This document shows, one piece after another, positions 58,785-64,000 of a stretch of 64,000 nucleotides of DNA. Each line of letters begins with the position of its first letter. Positions within the stretch are counted from its first letter, which is position 1. The notes under the pieces were generated by a model. That model saw only the letters and a list, made by a program, of their open reading frames with translations. It was not told the DNA's origin and made no database searches. Source of the DNA: Botryllus schlosseri (taxonomy: Eukaryota); the NCBI GenBank assembly GCA_051294905.1, contig CM119372.1, forward strand, positions 26,910,001 to 26,974,000, written 5' to 3'. The position numbers and the translations under genes are program-made.

Positions 58785-61700
58785 CAGTGGCGGCTCGTCC
58801 TATAGGGCAACTGGGGCATTGCCCCACCTAAAATTCTGTTCAATAACAATTCTTTACCATTTATAGACGCACCCCTATCTATATATACCGAAATCACAGC
58901 GAAAATCGTATTCTTCTTGTCCTTTCGCTTGTAAATGCCCATATATAGCGAAGTCTCTGCGAAAATCGAATTCTCTTCTGTGTTTTCGCTTTGCGAATGC
59001 CTAGCCGGGGCAAGCCCGTGCCCGGTAGCGCTCATAACAAGCTTTCACTGTCTATTCCAGGGGTTCTCAACTTCCCTTGTATAACGGGCCGCATTTTAAC
59101 TGCAAAAGACGCTGCGGGCCGCAGAATAATATAACATCTATTTTTGGGCTACTGTCAAATTTAGGCTACTGTAGCCTATTTGCCATACGGGCATTTAGTA
59201 CATTTTTATGCATTACAAAGTATTAATGGACAGCGTTCGTAAGTTTGCAGCGGCTGCTTGTTGTGAGAATATGTAGGCCTATCTTCTAGCAGCGCAAGTA
59301 AATCATTTCATGTAGCGTGCATTGCATTCGTTGCCGAGTCGGTCTATGGAACTTCAAACCCTATACCACCAGAGAACCGAACTCAGTTTCAATGCGTGAG
59401 CGAGCAAGTATAAATTACGGTAACTCTTGCGTTACAGAGGCCATTATTATATTGAGCTCTGAGTGGCATGAGAAGAAGTCTGGCGTTCGTGGCCGTTTCT
59501 GAGCAAACCAATCACCCCTTATCATTTCCTTCCATGCCTGGGGCCCTGCACCAATAGTTACAGAAGCCAGCTTTGTCAAGTTAATATTTTTCGCTGGTCC
59601 CCTCCCCACGTTTGCCCAGCCAGCATTTCCTCTGCATATATTATGCAAAGTCGGTGTATTCGTTCGAGGCTGGGTTTAAAGTAGTCTACGTAGCACATGT
59701 TTCAGAACATGCGATAAAAGATCGACTGGCACTGATGTTACTCGTCTGGTCACGATTAAATCGGACGACTGTATCTTAGAAATTTGTCAGGTGATGTTGT
59801 CCTTCCTGCTAAGTTCCGGAAACAGCAAATATTCGCACACAATGTTAAGGTTTTATTGAAATCACACCTTCTATAGCAGATTTCTTGGGTTTAGCCATAT
59901 TCCAAGCAATTTTGAATGATGCGTCTGTAACGCAGTCGGCAGAGTCAAACACTCTTTAAAATGTAGGCCTACTACATAGCGGGATTCTCTTGAATCCGAG
60001 TCCAGCCGAATACCGATTCAAAACAATAACAATCTGAAGTCGAGCATATATCAAGAAACGCCCCATCAAGCAGTGGTTCTCAAACTCTGCTAGACACGCC
60101 CCCCTTTTTGATAGGGAAAAATTTCAAGCCCCCTAACGTCATATAGCAAAATGCAACCAGAATGCTAGCAATACAAACCGCTAGTTTGATGGCATGGAAG
60201 GTTATGGCTGTTGATGAGAGAATTCTCACATATGAAACCAGACTATATACAGTGAAATCACTATGAATTGGAGATAAATTGCGCCCAGCGCGAACATTTT
60301 TTTCAGTTGACCTCAGTTTCGCGCCCCCCTTCAGATGCTTTCATGCCCTAGGGGGCGCGCGCCCCAGTTTGAGAACCATTGCATTCAACAACGAGTAATC
60401 AAACGAAACAGAGACGGTGCGATAAAAGTGTTAAGTATCTAAATTAATTTGTAACAATACTGTGTCAGTAGTACTTGCGTTTATAATGAAAGATGTCGCG
60501 GGCCGCAAAATAAACGTCTGCGGGCCGCATGCGGCCCGCGGGCCGAGGGTTGAGAACCCCTGGTCTATTCTCTCAAAGTCGCGCACAATAAAGAAACGGT
60601 GATTTACTCTCTCCTATTCATAAAATTACCGAGCAACCGGGGCACAATAGCTCTGTGCCCCTAAGGTGTGATGTAACAATCGTATCTATAGCTGAACTCG
60701 GTTACCGTCATATGCGTTTGGTCGACCTTTGCTGGTATAGGTTGGTTTTGATGGTGTTTCACACCATGAAAACTCTTGAAACTTGGTATGTCATGTCGTG
60801 ATGGTGGTATTTAACACTGCCCCAAGTTTCAGGGTAGTAATTCCGTTTCCGAAGTTGAGTGTGTGCTGATCCGTCATGTATCGCGAACAGATTTTACTCA
60901 AAAGCCGGTATTGGTATCCATTGATTTTGACGGTGTTCAATGCTGAGATCGGTTATGACATTTGGCACGGTAAGTCTTAATGTTAGTATCGAACGCTGTA
61001 CCAAGTTTTAAGTTTGTCACTGAACTGTGTTAGTGGTAATTTCGTTTCCTAATTCGAGTGAGAGCTGACTCGTCATTTATCGCCAACAGATTATACGCAA
61101 AGCCGGTATTGGTCTCTATTGATTTTAACGATGCTCCTTACCTAGATCCGTCATAAGCTTTTGCACGGTATGTCTTGATTTTAGTATCGAACGCTGTGCC
61201 AAGTCTCAAGGTTGACACTCAATGATTAGGGCAGTAATTTCGTTATCAAGGTCGAGTATGGTGGAGATGTGCTCCGATCTGACACTTCAGCCTACAACGC
61301 GGCATTGCGGATTTCACGCAAAAGCCGGCGTATCTGCGGTAACGTTAACTGAGATGATGATATCATTCTCAGTTTGCATTCAAATATTTACTTTGATATT
61401 ATATTCTCCAATGTCAATTTCACCGTGAAATTGTGGCCTTCAAGCCATTTGCTTACAACCCACTGTCAAGCGCGATAGCTATTTCGCTTTCGATGGCGGC
61501 TAACAGCTGATCACTTGATCAGCCTATTCCTCAATAAATTTTACGCAAAATTCGGTGTTGGTCTGTTCGCATTAATTTTGACAGTGTACCATACCGAAAA
61601 GGGCCATGAGGCCACTTCTCGATGTCATGTAACAGTGTACTAAGTTTACGGCTTTCATCCACGTATTTATTCGGTAATATATTTTCCAAAGGCGATTTCG

Positions 61701-62217
61701 CAGCAGACCTATAGGCAGTAATAAAGCCGTATGTGTCGTGTTACAGTCTCCAGTTTCAAGGCCAAAATCTCCTATGCTGTACCGAGACCGAATTTTCTAG
61801 GCTGCTATTCTTAGTTCCTCATAATTATGTTTTGGATTCAATATGACAGGCCCAATCTATGAGATAACAATTGCGTATCTGTCCGAACTCGTTGACCTTT
61901 CCAATTAGGCTTACGCAATCTCTCGAGTTATAGTCATTTCCATTTCTGCAGATAATTAGTCAGGTCTAGTGCGAACATGAACCGTGTTGAATCTTTTTTC
62001 CGTACGCCGTTTACGCAGTTACCACACTTCAAGTCGCAGCTCAACGGCGCACCTCTCGTGGCACATACGTTAAAATCACTGTTGCCGGGAAATTCATGTT
62101 ACCGTACCATCATTAAGTTACTTGTTTACGTTGGAAAACGCCATAGTGACGTCATCTTGATAAAAAGTCGCTTGCAGCCCTTGCCCCACCACCCGATATT
62201 GTCACGAGCCGCCACTG
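58785..62217. mobile_element. hAT (Tip100-like) non-autonomous element with internal ~200-bp degenerate tandem repeats
   Basis: TIR CAGTGGCGGCTCGT / ACGAGCCGCCACTG; perfect TSD CCACTGGT; repeats at ~60680-61700. Confidence 0.88.
59058..60562. mobile_element. hAT-type GCGGGCCGCA element containing a MITE at 60071-60381
   Basis: TIR CAGGGGTTCTCAAC / GTTGAGAACCCCTG; perfect TSD GTCTATTC; the inner MITE is homologous to 3871-4151 and 57234-57548. Confidence 0.9.
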
Positions 62218-64000
62218 CCACTGGTATATATTATATACACATAGTCGTTTTATCACCATACTGACCGGGTCTCGATTGTACGCATACGGTACTGTACAGA
62301 CGCCTTCGAATCTTATAGTAAATTAGTAAAGATGCATGTATCACAAATTGCTGAACCCACAAGAATGATCTAACGAACGCAGTTCCTGTTAGTTATAACA
62401 CATTACTTCATATAACACATTACTTCATATCAACTGATGTTAATATTGTAGTACATACGGCATGGTACTGCAGACGATATCCATTGGCCGAGAATACCAT
62501 CGGGGCTTTGGTTGATGTGTTGTAAATATGTATAATCATCATACAGATATAGCGTAGAGCAGAAAGCTCGACCAGTATGGTTGAGAAGTGATGATGACTG
62601 ATGACGAGTGACCTCAACACCATAGAAATGAATGGAGTAGAATGGTAGAACTCGTGTGTAAGCGCAGTTCGAATACGGAGGCTTCCTGGGGAAATAACCG
62701 AAGCCAGGACACCTTTCACACTTCATACTTCAATTTGGGATCACATAATACTTAGAGCGGCAGGTCTTCTTTAATATCTGACTGACATTGGCATTTCCGT
62801 CAGTTTCGAGGTTATTACTATAACACAATATAGCATATTGCTAATATTCCATATGATTTCTTCTAGGTAGAGCAAGCGTACACAAGGGCACTAGCAATTG
62901 CTCCCTTCAATCAATCATAAAGAGTGAAGACATTAGTCCAAGTTCAAAGTCTTAATAACATGGTACAAGGATATGGCAATAAAGACTCGAAATTTTCTGG
63001 TTACGGTACTGAAATTAATAAAACGTACCTGATCCAACGCACATCCATAGGAGGCAGGCAACAGAAAACATCATGTTCATTGTGTTATCAACGGATCTGG
63101 CTGAATAGACTGATAATTTTCTATAAAAGAATAAAGGTATGATACATGAATGGTGTTACTTTATCAATCTCATTAGGGAAGCACTATTGTTCTCGACAGA
63201 AATGGGGTGGTCGTGATTCACAATCTTTATCTACCTCTGAATCTCGACATCCATAGCTAATTCGAAGGCATGCACATAGACTTCTATAGATTCTATATCG
63301 GTTATTTTAGCATTGGTAGACGAAAATTGGCGAGTGCTATACATTGAACTGAAAATGCATATCATGACTACAACATACTATTACGTCGGTATGTGATAGC
63401 TCTTCATACATTCCAGCACTTATTGCACATCACACAAGTTTGCGAGAGATTATATGCTGAGTAATATTGAACTTATTGCAATTTATACTTGCCTATGCGG
63501 CAGTGCTTTTCAACCTGTTTCGCGCTACGGGAAGCATTAATCGTTCTGTCAATTCTGTCTTATTCTCCGACGACTCCTACAACTCTATCAAATATGCCGG
63601 ACCTGATTTATGGAACAGCACTCCCGGGAATTGAAAGGACACTAATTGGTATTTCACGGTTCTTACTTCTTAGTATCTATCTGAGTTAGTGACGTGGGGT
63701 GAGGTTCATGTCTGGTGAGACACCGACTCCATATTTACAAATATATAAACCCAACATGGTATCTCGTTCAGTTGGCTGTTGATACCTATGAGCATTAGCA
63801 CATAGTAGCACTCTACACGATCAGGTTACGTGAAAAGTCACCACATATTCACGTTTGAAGGTTGCTGTGGATTGAATATACGGAGCAGCTATATCATTCC
63901 TGATTGTATTTTCTCTACTACATGTTGCCCGTCGCAACTACGCGATTGTAGTGGCTATTTGTGGTATTCCGGGTGTTTTTCGACTGCGATGGTCATTTAC

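Overview
AT-rich eukaryotic genomic DNA, probably from an invertebrate animal; the species cannot be determined from the sequence. It is dominated by transposons, many nested, and many with readable terminal inverted repeats (TIRs) and target-site duplications (TSDs). Main contents: (1) four spliced + strand exons at 1088-2326, absent from the ORF track, encoding the C-terminal, LRR-like end of a host gene that starts left of the window; (2) a CACTG-ended EnSpm-type element at 8671-14831; (3) a five-layer nest at 14974-25825: hAT-like element > hAT MITE > nearly intact CR1/L2-group LINE > PIF/Harbinger-type element inserted in the LINE stop codon > P/Galileo-like foldback element with ~540-bp TIRs; (4) a Gypsy integrase/LTR remnant, an ISL2EU/Harbinger-type transposase ORF, hAT and Chapaev-like transposase remnants, two tRNA-derived SINE families and about ten MITE families, each with its own subterminal motif; (5) faint decayed death-domain, NACHT and LRR-like traces between the transposons, all on the + strand, which may mark an eroding NLR-like gene cluster (low confidence). 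All family assignments are by eye, with no database search. I found no CRISPR array, rRNA or intact tRNA, and no proven novel system. The best leads are the foldback element, the hidden LRR-like gene with its decayed relatives, and the cargo inside the hAT element at 46122-48795.
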